Shown here: positions 18,990 through 28,733 of the stretch, one piece after another | Layout of the letters: each line of letters starts with the position of its first letter | Position numbering within the stretch: the first letter of the stretch is position 1 | Source of the DNA: Promethearchaeota archaeon | GTDB lineage: Archaea; Asgardarchaeota; Lokiarchaeia; Sigyniarchaeales; SOKP01 | Length of the DNA stretch: 64,000 nucleotides | Reading direction: 5' to 3' | Assembly: GCA_048940925.1 (NCBI GenBank) | Contig: JBHLOC010000001.1 | Location: 32,001 to 96,000, forward strand | The notes under the pieces: generated by a model | Databases searched by the model: none | What the model was told of the DNA's origin: nothing | The model's input: only the letters and a program-made list of their open reading frames with translations | Translations under genes and position numbers: made by a program

Positions 18990-19889
18990 TTATTTATTTT
19001 CAAGTCTTTGCTTTATTTCACTCCATAACTTATTAATATATTCTTCATAGAGTATTACAGTTTTATCATCTACAGATCTAAATCTTTTTTGAGCGTTTAG
19101 ATACTCTTTAATTGGTGTTCTTTTTGATTGATCCAAATATCTATTACTTGACTTGGATAAAACGAAATTTCCATTTATAACCTCATATAGAGGCCAAAAA
19201 CCAGTTTGAGTAGCCAGTCTACCTATGAGGATTGTATCTTTTGGCTCATATCCCCACCCGGGTGGACAAGGAGAAAGTATATGGATATATTTAGTACCTT
19301 TAATAGTCTTTGCTATTTTGAATTTTTCATATAAATCAAGCGGGTAAGCAGCATTTGCAGTGGCAACATAAGGAATTCCATGGGCTTCTAAAATTTTAGG
19401 CATATTTTTCTTTTGAACCACTTTTCCCGTAGGTGTTGTAGTTGTTTGGACTCCAAGTGGTGTTGAACTACTTCTCTGAACACCAGTATTCATATAAGCT
19501 TCGTTATCATAGCAAGCATATATGAAGTTAGTTCCTCTCTCTGCGGCACCACTAAGAGCTTGGATGCCTATATCTGCAGTCCCACCATCTCCCGCAAATG
19601 CAACAACAGTTATCTTATCTGCTAAATTTTTCTCCTCTAATGATGCTAAGATTCCAGATGCTGATGCGCCTGTAGTTGCGAAGGGTGTATGATAAACAGA
19701 AACTTTAGTGGTACAAAAACCTTGCATACCATGAAGAACAGTTAAGCAAGATGCAGGAACGGTTATAATAGTGTTTGCACCCAGAGCTTTTAGAGCTATT
19801 CTATATATTAGTGCCATTCCACAACCAGCACAAGCACGTGTGCCTGGATATATATATTCTTTTTCAGGAATTTCCATCACATTTACCAT
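18990..19889 (-). CDS. porB: pyruvate/2-oxoacid:ferredoxin oxidoreductase beta subunit
   Basis: ACAGCG, TPP motif GDGG...DNEAYMNTG.QRS..TP and SPCPPGW. Confidence 0.92.
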   Translation of the reverse strand: MVNVMEIPEKEYIYPGTRACAGCGMALIYRIALKALGANTIITVPASCLTVLHGMQGFCTTKVSVYHTPFATTGASASGILASLEEKNLADKITVVAFAGDGGTADIGIQALSGAAERGTNFIYACYDNEAYMNTGVQRSSSTPLGVQTTTTPTGKVVQKKNMPKILEAHGIPYVATANAAYPLDLYEKFKIAKTIKGTKYIHILSPCPPGWGYEPKDTILIGRLATQTGFWPLYEVINGNFVLSKSSNRYLDQSKRTPIKEYLNAQKRFRSVDDKTVILYEEYINKLWSEIKQRLENK

Positions 19890-19895
19890 TGTTTT

Positions 19896-21188
19896 TCACC
19901 TTTCTTCAAAATAAGTTTTTTCATTATAATCTTGTATTTCTTCCAATCTTAATCCTAAAAATTCTGTCTTGTTAGTGAAAATTCCTTTTTTAAAATCCTC
20001 TAAAGCTCGATGAACACCAGTAACTATATGTTTAGTTTTTACATCTCTTCCGCCTAATCCAACAATAAATCCCTTAACATTTGGATTATTCTTTAATCCA
20101 TAAAGAGCAGCTTTCAATTCATAAGATAAAACACCCTCATAGCCATATCCAATATCTCTGTCAAAAACTACTATATTTTCCTTATCCTTGAAAAACTCTC
20201 TTAACTCCTCTGATGGGTATGGTCTAAAAAGTTTCAAGCTTACTAATCCCACCTTTAATCCTTCTTCTCTAAGTTTTTTTACAGCTATTCTAGATTGAGA
20301 TGCAACAGATCCCATACCAAAAATTATTGTATCAGCATCTTCTGTATCAAATGCCTTATAAACTCCATTCCCATAAGATCTATGAAATTTTTGTGCAAAT
20401 TCATCATGAACTTCTTTAATTATATTGATTGAATTTTCTAATGATTTTTGCAAAGCATATCTATATTCATAGTATCCTGGAGCAGTTCCCTCTTCACGTT
20501 TGATAATATTTGGTGTTGTAACAGGATCAATTCCTTTAACTGTTGAAAGATCTGATAAATTAATATGATGGTTAAGTGGTGGTAAAAATTCATCTATATT
20601 TTTTTGATTTTCTAATTTTACAGGCATAACTGTATGAGATAGTATATATCCGTCATATGCTACAACTGCAGGTAAAGAAACACGCTGATCCTCAGCAATT
20701 CTAAAAGCTTGAATGTTTGTATCATAAATTTCTTGATTATTTTCGCACATGAATTGTATCCAACCCACATCTCTAATTGTTATAAAATCTGAATGGTCTG
20801 TCCAAACCGACCAAGGAGCTCCAAGAGATCTTGTGGCTAGATTTATAACTAATGGTAATCTATTTCCCGCTGCCCATGGTAACATTTCATACATTAATTC
20901 TAATCCATGAGCAGAGGTTGCTGTGCCGACTCTAGATCCTGTTGCAGAAGCAGCACAGCATACAGCAAGAGCAGAATGTTCTGATTCAACCATTACAAAT
21001 CTGGCATTTAATTTACCTTTTGCGATAAATTCAGCAATTTTTTCAACTACAGGACTTTGTGGTGTTATTGGATAAGCAGAAACAACACCGACTTTTGCTT
21101 GTCTAAAAGCATGTGCAGCAGCATGATTTCCTGTTAAAATTTTAACATTTTCATTAACCAACGCCTTTTTATTTTCTGTAATACTCAT
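19896..21188 (-). CDS. porA: pyruvate/2-oxoacid:ferredoxin oxidoreductase alpha subunit
   Basis: AYPITPQS, VESEHSA, LFRPYP and GLGGRD. Confidence 0.92.
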   Translation of the reverse strand: MSITENKKALVNENVKILTGNHAAAHAFRQAKVGVVSAYPITPQSPVVEKIAEFIAKGKLNARFVMVESEHSALAVCCAASATGSRVGTATSAHGLELMYEMLPWAAGNRLPLVINLATRSLGAPWSVWTDHSDFITIRDVGWIQFMCENNQEIYDTNIQAFRIAEDQRVSLPAVVAYDGYILSHTVMPVKLENQKNIDEFLPPLNHHINLSDLSTVKGIDPVTTPNIIKREEGTAPGYYEYRYALQKSLENSINIIKEVHDEFAQKFHRSYGNGVYKAFDTEDADTIIFGMGSVASQSRIAVKKLREEGLKVGLVSLKLFRPYPSEELREFFKDKENIVVFDRDIGYGYEGVLSYELKAALYGLKNNPNVKGFIVGLGGRDVKTKHIVTGVHRALEDFKKGIFTNKTEFLGLRLEEIQDYNEKTYFEER

Positions 21189-21484
21189 TCAAACTTCACC
21201 TCTTCCATTGAGATTGCTTTCACAGGACATTCCTCCATGCATATACCACAACCCTTACAATATTTATAATCTATATTAGGTGGAATAGATCTAGTAATTA
21301 CGGCTTCAGGACAATATAACCAACAATTGAAACAACTTGGTTTTCCAGACTTAACAGGAATACATTTATTTAAATCTATCTTAGGTTTTTTAGAACTCCA
21401 GGTTCCAGTTTTGCCAGCTTCACCGATCACTGGTTTTTGAACTGAACCTAAAATTTTTTGATAATATTTTTTTGAGTCTGTCAT
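21185..21484 (-). CDS. porD: 2-oxoacid:ferredoxin oxidoreductase delta (ferredoxin) subunit
   Basis: KTGTW...KP, CWLYCPE and YCKGCGIC.EECP; overlaps the porA start. Confidence 0.92.
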   Translation of the reverse strand: MTDSKKYYQKILGSVQKPVIGEAGKTGTWSSKKPKIDLNKCIPVKSGKPSCFNCWLYCPEAVITRSIPPNIDYKYCKGCGICMEECPVKAISMEEVKFE

Positions 21485-21770
21485 TAAAATATCAAAATTA
21501 GTATTAATTAAGGTTCTTGTGTAAAATCAAACGCAGATAAGTTTTTATTTCTTACCATTAAAAAAATAAAGATATTAGCGAGAATTTTATTAAATTAAGA
21601 GGTTTAAGAAAATTGACTATGAATTTTTTAAAAATTTATAATGGAATAGAGTATAACTCTTTGTAAATAAAAGTTAAATAGTTTATATTTCATTATTGTG
21701 TTAAAAAAAAAATTGAGTTCTTCATTAGGATAAGTACTTTTATAGAGTAAGAGATTTTTAAACAAAATAG

Positions 21771-24065
21771 TTGGCTAAAGGAAAAAAAGTGGAGTTTTCT
21801 GAAAATAAATTTATACAAATAATAGATACAATAAAAGAATGTTATTTTGAAGTTGATTTAAAAGGTAATTTTACTTACTTTAATGATTCATTATGTAAGC
21901 TTACTGGATATTCCAAAGAAGAGTTATTAGGATTAAATTACAAATATCTTACAGATGAAGAAAATAGAAAAAAGATTTTTGAAGGATTTAAGCGTGTTTT
22001 TCAGACTGGAAAGCCCTTAACAGATTTTCAATATCAATTCATAAATCATAAGGGAGATAAAATAATTGGTGAAACTTCTGTATATTTAAAATATGATTCT
22101 AAGGGAAATAAAATTGGTTTTTATGGCTTATTTCGTGATATTACTAAAAGAAAGGAACAAGAAAAACAATTTAAAGAAGAAATAGCACAATTAGTTGATT
22201 TAAGAACTCAAGAGTTAAGAAAGTCCGAGGAAAAATATAGTAATCTTTTTCATCATTCAAATAATGCTATTTTTATTCATGATCTTGAAGGAAATATCAT
22301 AGATGTAAATCAAAAAGCATTAGATCAATTTGGTTATACTAAATCAGAGATTCTGTCATTAAAAATATCACAACTTCATCCTGAATCAGAAATTGAAAAC
22401 TCTAAAAAAGCATTTAATGAGATTTCTAAATCAGGAGTTATAAGATTTGAAATCAGTTTTAAAAAGAAAAATGGTAAAGTATTTTTAGCCGAAGTCTCTT
22501 CTAGTTTGTTTGATATTGGGGGGAAGCAAGTTATCCAAGGGATAGTTCGCGATATTACTACCCGTGTGTTAGCAGAAAAAATGATAAGAAAATCGGAAGA
22601 AAAGTATAGAAATATCATAAATAATTTAGATATGGGATTTTATCAAGTAAACTGGGAGGGGGAGTTATTAAATTATAATCCCGCATTTTGTGAATTATTA
22701 GGTTTTGATATATCTGAGAATTTAACAAATAGAGATGTAAATGATTTTTGGCAAAATCCTGAAGAAAGAAAAGTTTATTTAAATGAGATAAAAGAAAAAG
22801 GTTTTGTAAAGAATTATCTGGTTCATGCAATAAATAGAAATGGTAAAAAGTTAGTGTTTCAAATAAATTCTCATATATTGGAAGCAAATAAGGAAAATTC
22901 AGTCATTATTCAGGGATTAATTTCAGATATTACAGAAAAATTTGAGTTAGAACAAAAGTTAAAAGAATCTGAGGAACGGTATCGAAATTTGATTGAATCC
23001 GTTCCATTTTCGATTGTATTAATTGACCAGCAAGGTAAGTTAATTTATTGTAATCCTACTGTTGAAAAAATGCTGGGTTATAGTAGTGATGAATTGATCG
23101 GTAGGGAATTTAAAGATCTAACAACACTTCATCCAAAATATATCCCTACAATGCTAAAACGCTTTAATAAGGTTTTAAAAGGTGAAATGTTACCTCCACT
23201 AGATATTGAATTATATAGGAAGGATGGTAGTTTAATTTGGATGAGATATCAATCATCTTTAGTTAAATTAGGTGATACTGTCTTAATTCAAACAATTTTA
23301 AACGACATTTCAGAACAAAAACGGGCAGATCTTCTCATTGCAGAGGAGATTCAAAAATTAAAAGAATTAGATCAAATAAGAAAAGATCTCATTTCCAGAG
23401 TTTCCCATGAATTAAAAACTCCTCTTGTTTCAGTTTGTGGAGCATCTGAGCTTCTTCTAGATATGTTTAAAGCCCAATTTAATACGGAAGCAAAAGAACT
23501 AATTGAAATGATTGAAAAAGGTGGCACAAGGTTAAAATATCTCGTTGATAATTTACTTGATATAACTCGAATTGAATATAGAAAGTTTAAATTAGAAAAA
23601 GAGCGATATGATTTAAGTAAGATTATTAAAGAATGTGTTAATGAGCTGATGTATCTAGTTCGAAAGCGATGTTTGATTCTAAAGCTTGATCTACCCAATG
23701 AGATGCATGTAAAACTAGATAAAATAAGAATGGAACAGGTAGTTCTAAACCTATTATCAAATGCCATAAAAAATACTCCCCCCAATGGAACTATAAAAAT
23801 AATTTTAAAAAAATTGGATAATTGGGCTGTATTTTATGTAATCGATTCAGGAATAGGTTTTACAAGTGATGAAATGGATATAATTTTTACTCGGTTTGGA
23901 AAAATTGAAAGATATGGAGAGGGACTAGAATATATAGATATCCAAGGTTCTGGTTTGGGATTATATATATCAAAGGAAATTATAGATTTACATGAGGGTA
24001 AAATTTGGGCTGAATCTGAGGGAAGAAACAAAGGAAGCACATTTATAGTAAAATTACCATTTTGA
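21771..24065 (+). CDS. multi-PAS sensor histidine kinase (cytoplasmic)
   Basis: Four PAS/PAC repeats, H-box VSHELKTPL, N-box NLLSNAIK, and G-boxes DSGIG and GSGLGL. Confidence 0.93.
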   Translation: MAKGKKVEFSENKFIQIIDTIKECYFEVDLKGNFTYFNDSLCKLTGYSKEELLGLNYKYLTDEENRKKIFEGFKRVFQTGKPLTDFQYQFINHKGDKIIGETSVYLKYDSKGNKIGFYGLFRDITKRKEQEKQFKEEIAQLVDLRTQELRKSEEKYSNLFHHSNNAIFIHDLEGNIIDVNQKALDQFGYTKSEILSLKISQLHPESEIENSKKAFNEISKSGVIRFEISFKKKNGKVFLAEVSSSLFDIGGKQVIQGIVRDITTRVLAEKMIRKSEEKYRNIINNLDMGFYQVNWEGELLNYNPAFCELLGFDISENLTNRDVNDFWQNPEERKVYLNEIKEKGFVKNYLVHAINRNGKKLVFQINSHILEANKENSVIIQGLISDITEKFELEQKLKESEERYRNLIESVPFSIVLIDQQGKLIYCNPTVEKMLGYSSDELIGREFKDLTTLHPKYIPTMLKRFNKVLKGEMLPPLDIELYRKDGSLIWMRYQSSLVKLGDTVLIQTILNDISEQKRADLLIAEEIQKLKELDQIRKDLISRVSHELKTPLVSVCGASELLLDMFKAQFNTEAKELIEMIEKGGTRLKYLVDNLLDITRIEYRKFKLEKERYDLSKIIKECVNELMYLVRKRCLILKLDLPNEMHVKLDKIRMEQVVLNLLSNAIKNTPPNGTIKIILKKLDNWAVFYVIDSGIGFTSDEMDIIFTRFGKIERYGEGLEYIDIQGSGLGLYISKEIIDLHEGKIWAESEGRNKGSTFIVKLPF

Positions 24066-24233
24066 AAGAAATTATTGAAATGAATTTTTTTCATGTCATT
24101 CTTAGATTTTTTAAAAATAAATCAAAGAATGAAATGTGAGGTTAGAAGGAACAAATATATAGTGGAAATTTCCATGTTTTTTTTAGAAATGATTGGGTAT
24201 TTGAATTAAGAATAAAGCTTTGAGGTTATAATA

Positions 24234-26840
24234 GTGGAATATAATAGACAAGTGATAAGAGAAAAATTTGATATTTTATTTGAACAGTCATTAGATTTAA
24301 TTTATGTGAATGATTTAAAAGGTAATTTTCTGGATGCGAATGATATTGCCTTGATTTCGTTAGGTTATGAAAGAGAAGATATACCAGAACTCAGATTTGT
24401 AGACTTGGTTGAAGGTGATGAGCTAGAGAAAGCTTTCAGTGCTTTGAAAGAAATATTAAAGTCGGGTAAACAATCCAAACGTAGAGAATTTAAATTAAAG
24501 ACAAAAAATGGTAATTATTTATATATAGACACTTATGCTATTCCATTGAAAAGAAATGGTGAAATATATGCAGTCTTAGGCATAGGTAAAAATATTACAG
24601 ATCGCATAAAAGCAGAACAAAAATTAAAAGAATCTGAGGAATTATTTAGAGCACTTTATAAAGAAGGCCCAATCGCTACTTATACATGGCAAAAATTTGA
24701 GAATGATTTTGTTTTTATCAATTTTAATAATGCTGCTGAAAAAATAACTCAAGGGAATGTTGTAAGCTTGTTAGGTCATAGAGCAACTGAAATGTATAAG
24801 GATAGACCAGATATTTTAGAAGATTTACATCAATGCTTTAACCAAAAAATTAATATAACGAGAGAGATGAAATATAAATTTCAATTATCTAATGAATATA
24901 AATACCTTTTAGTAAATTATGGTTATGTTAGACCTAATCTGGTTATAGTTCAAACAGAGGATATCACAGAAAAAAAGAAAGCAGAAGAAAATTATAGGAA
25001 CCTAGTGGAAAATGCTCAGGAAGGTGTTTGGGCAGTAGATGAAAATAATGATACTATCTTCGTTAATCCAAAAATATGCGAAATGCTTGGATATTCTAAA
25101 GATGAGATGATGGGTAAAAATTTAGATTTATTTTTAGATGAGACAATGCTCAAATTGACCAAAACTTATCGAAAACGTAGGGTAAAAGGTTTGAAAGACA
25201 CTTATGACCTTGATTTCATAAAAAAAGACGGATCTGTAATATACACAAGTATAAAAGCAGCTCCAATTTTAGGAGAAAATGGAGATTTTATGGGTTCTTT
25301 TGCATACATTAATGATATTACAAATAAAAAATTAACTGAGCAAAAACTAAAAGAATCTGAAGAAAAATTTAGAAATATTGCTGAACAATCATTATTAGGA
25401 ATAGCTATCTTACAAGATGGGAAATTTAAATATGTCAATGAAAGATTTGCCAGTATTGCAGGGCGATCAGTTGAAGAGTTGAAAGATTGGGGACCAGGAG
25501 AATTTCTTAACACTATTCATCCTGAAGATAGAAAAATGGTTGCTGAACAATCAATGAAAAAACAAAGAGGGGAAAGTGATGCCATTACATGTTACCAATT
25601 TAGAGGTTTTAAAAAAACGGGAGAAATAGTTCATGGAGAGACTTTTTCAAAAACTATAAATTATCAAGGAAGGCCTGCAGATTTTATTACAATTATTGAT
25701 ATTACTGATAAAGTGGAAGCAGAGAGAAAGCTTTTAGAATCTGAAAAAAAATACCGCTTCTTTTTTGAGAATACTCCATTTTCTGTTGTTTTGATAAATT
25801 CTAAAGGAAGAATTATAGAGTGCAATCCAACAACAGAATTAATGTTTGGCTATTCGAAAGAAGATTTAGAAGGTAAGAAATTTCATAAAATCTCAGTAAT
25901 ACATCCAGATTATTTACCAACTATAATGGAACTTTTCCAAAAGTTTATAAAAGGAGAGAGAGTTCATCGTATTGATCTACTTATGTATAAAAAAGATCAA
26001 AGTCTAATTTGGGTAAATCTACAGGCTTCTTTAGTTAAGTTAGAAGATGAATATTATGTTCAAGCTCTATTTACCGATATTACAAGACGAAAGGAAGCAG
26101 AATACCTTTTTAATGAAGAAATTACAAAATTGAAGGAGCTTGATCATATTAGAAAAAATCTAATATCTAGAGTAGCGCATGAATTAAAAACTCCTCTGGC
26201 AACTGTTTGCGGAGGCGCAGAACTTTTTTCAAGCCTTTATAAAAAAAAAATAGAAAATGAACAATTTGAATTAATCAAATTAATTGAGAAAGGAGGAGAG
26301 AGATTAAAATATCTAGTTGACAACCTTATTGACATATCCAGAATAGAATATGAGAAATTCAAGTTAAAAACACAATATTGTGATTTATCTGAAGTACTTA
26401 GAGAATCTTCTAAGGAGATGATGCACTTTACAAAAGAAAGGATTATTACTCTCAGTTTAGCTCTTCCAGACACATTATTTTTAAACATTGATAAAATTAG
26501 AATCGAGCAAGTATTATTGAATTTATTATCAAATGCCATAAAAAATACACCTCCAAAAGGCAATATTGATGTTAAACTGGAAAAAAGTGATAATTGGGCT
26601 ATTATCTCAGTAAGCGATACAGGAGTAGGGTTAACAAAAGAAGAGATGGAAATCCTTTTCACTAGATTTGGAAAAATAGAACGATATGGAGATGGTTTAG
26701 AATATATAGATATTCAAGGATCAGGACTTGGATTATTTATATCAAAAGAAATAGTAGATTTACATGGAGGTAATATAAGAGCAGAATCGGAAGGCAGAAA
26801 TAAGGGTAGTACCTTTATTGTAAAATTACCAGTTAATTAA
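24234..26840 (+). CDS. multi-PAS sensor histidine kinase (cytoplasmic), paralog of the upstream gene
   Basis: About five PAS repeats, VAHELKTPL, NLLSNAIKNTP, DTGVG and GSGLGL. Confidence 0.93.
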   Translation: MEYNRQVIREKFDILFEQSLDLIYVNDLKGNFLDANDIALISLGYEREDIPELRFVDLVEGDELEKAFSALKEILKSGKQSKRREFKLKTKNGNYLYIDTYAIPLKRNGEIYAVLGIGKNITDRIKAEQKLKESEELFRALYKEGPIATYTWQKFENDFVFINFNNAAEKITQGNVVSLLGHRATEMYKDRPDILEDLHQCFNQKINITREMKYKFQLSNEYKYLLVNYGYVRPNLVIVQTEDITEKKKAEENYRNLVENAQEGVWAVDENNDTIFVNPKICEMLGYSKDEMMGKNLDLFLDETMLKLTKTYRKRRVKGLKDTYDLDFIKKDGSVIYTSIKAAPILGENGDFMGSFAYINDITNKKLTEQKLKESEEKFRNIAEQSLLGIAILQDGKFKYVNERFASIAGRSVEELKDWGPGEFLNTIHPEDRKMVAEQSMKKQRGESDAITCYQFRGFKKTGEIVHGETFSKTINYQGRPADFITIIDITDKVEAERKLLESEKKYRFFFENTPFSVVLINSKGRIIECNPTTELMFGYSKEDLEGKKFHKISVIHPDYLPTIMELFQKFIKGERVHRIDLLMYKKDQSLIWVNLQASLVKLEDEYYVQALFTDITRRKEAEYLFNEEITKLKELDHIRKNLISRVAHELKTPLATVCGGAELFSSLYKKKIENEQFELIKLIEKGGERLKYLVDNLIDISRIEYEKFKLKTQYCDLSEVLRESSKEMMHFTKERIITLSLALPDTLFLNIDKIRIEQVLLNLLSNAIKNTPPKGNIDVKLEKSDNWAIISVSDTGVGLTKEEMEILFTRFGKIERYGDGLEYIDIQGSGLGLFISKEIVDLHGGNIRAESEGRNKGSTFIVKLPVN

Positions 26841-26861
26841 TCAGATTATATTTAAGGGATA

Positions 26862-27449
26862 TCATAATATTTTAGCTAAATTATATCCTTGCTCAATCAA
26901 ATCATAATTAAGTTTTCCTAATTTTTCACCCATACGTTTATATAAAACCATTTTTAAATTTTCTAAATATAAATCTGGAAGTGCTTTTGAAAGTAAGCCT
27001 AGAATAGGTGTATTAATTACTGGATTTCCATCAATCGTTAAATTCTTCTCTATTGCCAAAGTACTTATATCTGCTACAACAATTTTGATCTCATCACTTA
27101 AATTATATTTATTAATAAAAAATTCAGGATCTTTTTCAGAGTTGATAATAAAAATGCCATTTTTCTTAAGTGAAGATACAATCTCCTGGTTTAAGACTGA
27201 CTCATCAAATATGATTAGGACATTTGGTTTTTCTATTTGAGCTCTATCCCATATTGTATCAGTTCTAGAGAGCCTGGCGTAAGCTTGAACGGGAGCACCT
27301 CTTCTCTCTGCTCCAAATGAGGGATATGCATGTACATCAACAAAATTACCACTTAAATAGGCTGCTTCAGCAATAATTTCACAAGCTGTTACAGCACCTT
27401 GTCCTCCTCGACCGTGGATAATAATTTCAATATTTTCTGTTTCATCCAT
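26862..27449 (-). CDS. porG: 2-oxoacid:ferredoxin oxidoreductase gamma subunit
   Basis: HGRGGQGAVT and PSFGAERRGAPVQAY. Confidence 0.9.
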   Translation of the reverse strand: MDETENIEIIIHGRGGQGAVTACEIIAEAAYLSGNFVDVHAYPSFGAERRGAPVQAYARLSRTDTIWDRAQIEKPNVLIIFDESVLNQEIVSSLKKNGIFIINSEKDPEFFINKYNLSDEIKIVVADISTLAIEKNLTIDGNPVINTPILGLLSKALPDLYLENLKMVLYKRMGEKLGKLNYDLIEQGYNLAKIL

Positions 27450-27616
27450 CTAAAAAACCTATGAAATTTGGACAAATATTATTTAATATGAAGTATATCG
27501 ATTAATATAAAATTTTTTTAAGTTTAAGCTCCAAAATCTCTTCAAGCAATAATAATAAAAAAGAAATGATTTTATTAATAATAATTAATCTGAAAAGTTT
27601 AGATTTTTTAATTTGA

Positions 27617-28477
27617 GTGATACTAAAAATGAAAAATGAAACGGGATATTTTGAAGGAAGAGAATTGAAGAAATTATTTTATCAATGGTGGTTACCTGAA
27701 TCTGGAGAATTAAAAGCTTATATCATAGCTATCCATGGATGGGGTACTCATTCTGATAGAATGAAAATTCCTGCTGAGTATTTTACAGAAAAGGGATATG
27801 CTGTTTATTCCTTTGATTTAAGAGGACATTATAGAAATGCGGGTGATATAGTGGGGCATATCGATAGTATGGATCATATCCAAAAGGATTTAATTCTCTT
27901 TATGGATGTAATCAGAGAAATTGCAAAAGATAAAAAAAAATTTCTAATGGGACATTCTTTTGGAGGTTTAATAAGTTTAATTTATGCTATAAATCACCCT
28001 ACTTTAGATGGTGTGTTAGTATCTTCTCCATTATTAGGAATGTTTATGAAATTATCAATGGGTAAAAAAGTAATAAAGTCAATATCTAAAACACTAGGAA
28101 AATTATCACCTAATAAAATTCTAAATAATATAATCGATCAGAATCAATTAACAAGTGATTTAAAAATATTAAAACAACATATAATTGATAAAAATAAAAT
28201 TGATATAATTTCAGCCAAATCAGTTTCTGAGATTGATACATATTCAAAATGGACTGTTGAAAATGCATCACAATTAATTTGTCCGGTACTAATAATGCAA
28301 GCGGGTAAGGATAAAATAGTTGATAAAGGAAAAACCAGAGATTTTTTTGAGAGCATTAGTAGCAAAGATAAAGACTATAAAGAATATGCAGGTTTCCTGC
28401 ACGAATTATGGAATGAGAAAGGACGAGTTCAAGTATTCCAAGATATGTATGTATGGTTTGAAAAACATTTAAAATAA
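27617..28477 (+). CDS. lysophospholipase/monoglyceride lipase-like alpha/beta hydrolase
   Basis: IHGWG.HS, FDLRGH, GHSFGG, DKIV and HELWNE. Confidence 0.9.
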   Translation: MILKMKNETGYFEGRELKKLFYQWWLPESGELKAYIIAIHGWGTHSDRMKIPAEYFTEKGYAVYSFDLRGHYRNAGDIVGHIDSMDHIQKDLILFMDVIREIAKDKKKFLMGHSFGGLISLIYAINHPTLDGVLVSSPLLGMFMKLSMGKKVIKSISKTLGKLSPNKILNNIIDQNQLTSDLKILKQHIIDKNKIDIISAKSVSEIDTYSKWTVENASQLICPVLIMQAGKDKIVDKGKTRDFFESISSKDKDYKEYAGFLHELWNEKGRVQVFQDMYVWFEKHLK

Positions 28478-28733
28478 ATGAGTATAAAATTCTTAGTGAT
28501 AAAAACCTAAATTCATGGCTCTTTTATTAAATTAACTCGGAATTTAGAAATTTTATCCTTAAATATTGAATTTATCGAAATCATGGATTAAGATTTTACA
28601 TATAACTCCTTGTATTTATAATACTATATAGAATTATTAAATTTATAATAAATAGAAATATTTTCAATAAAATACTAATACACTTATACTATTTAATTCT
28701 AAATCAAGATTCATTTTATAAAAATTTAAGGAT

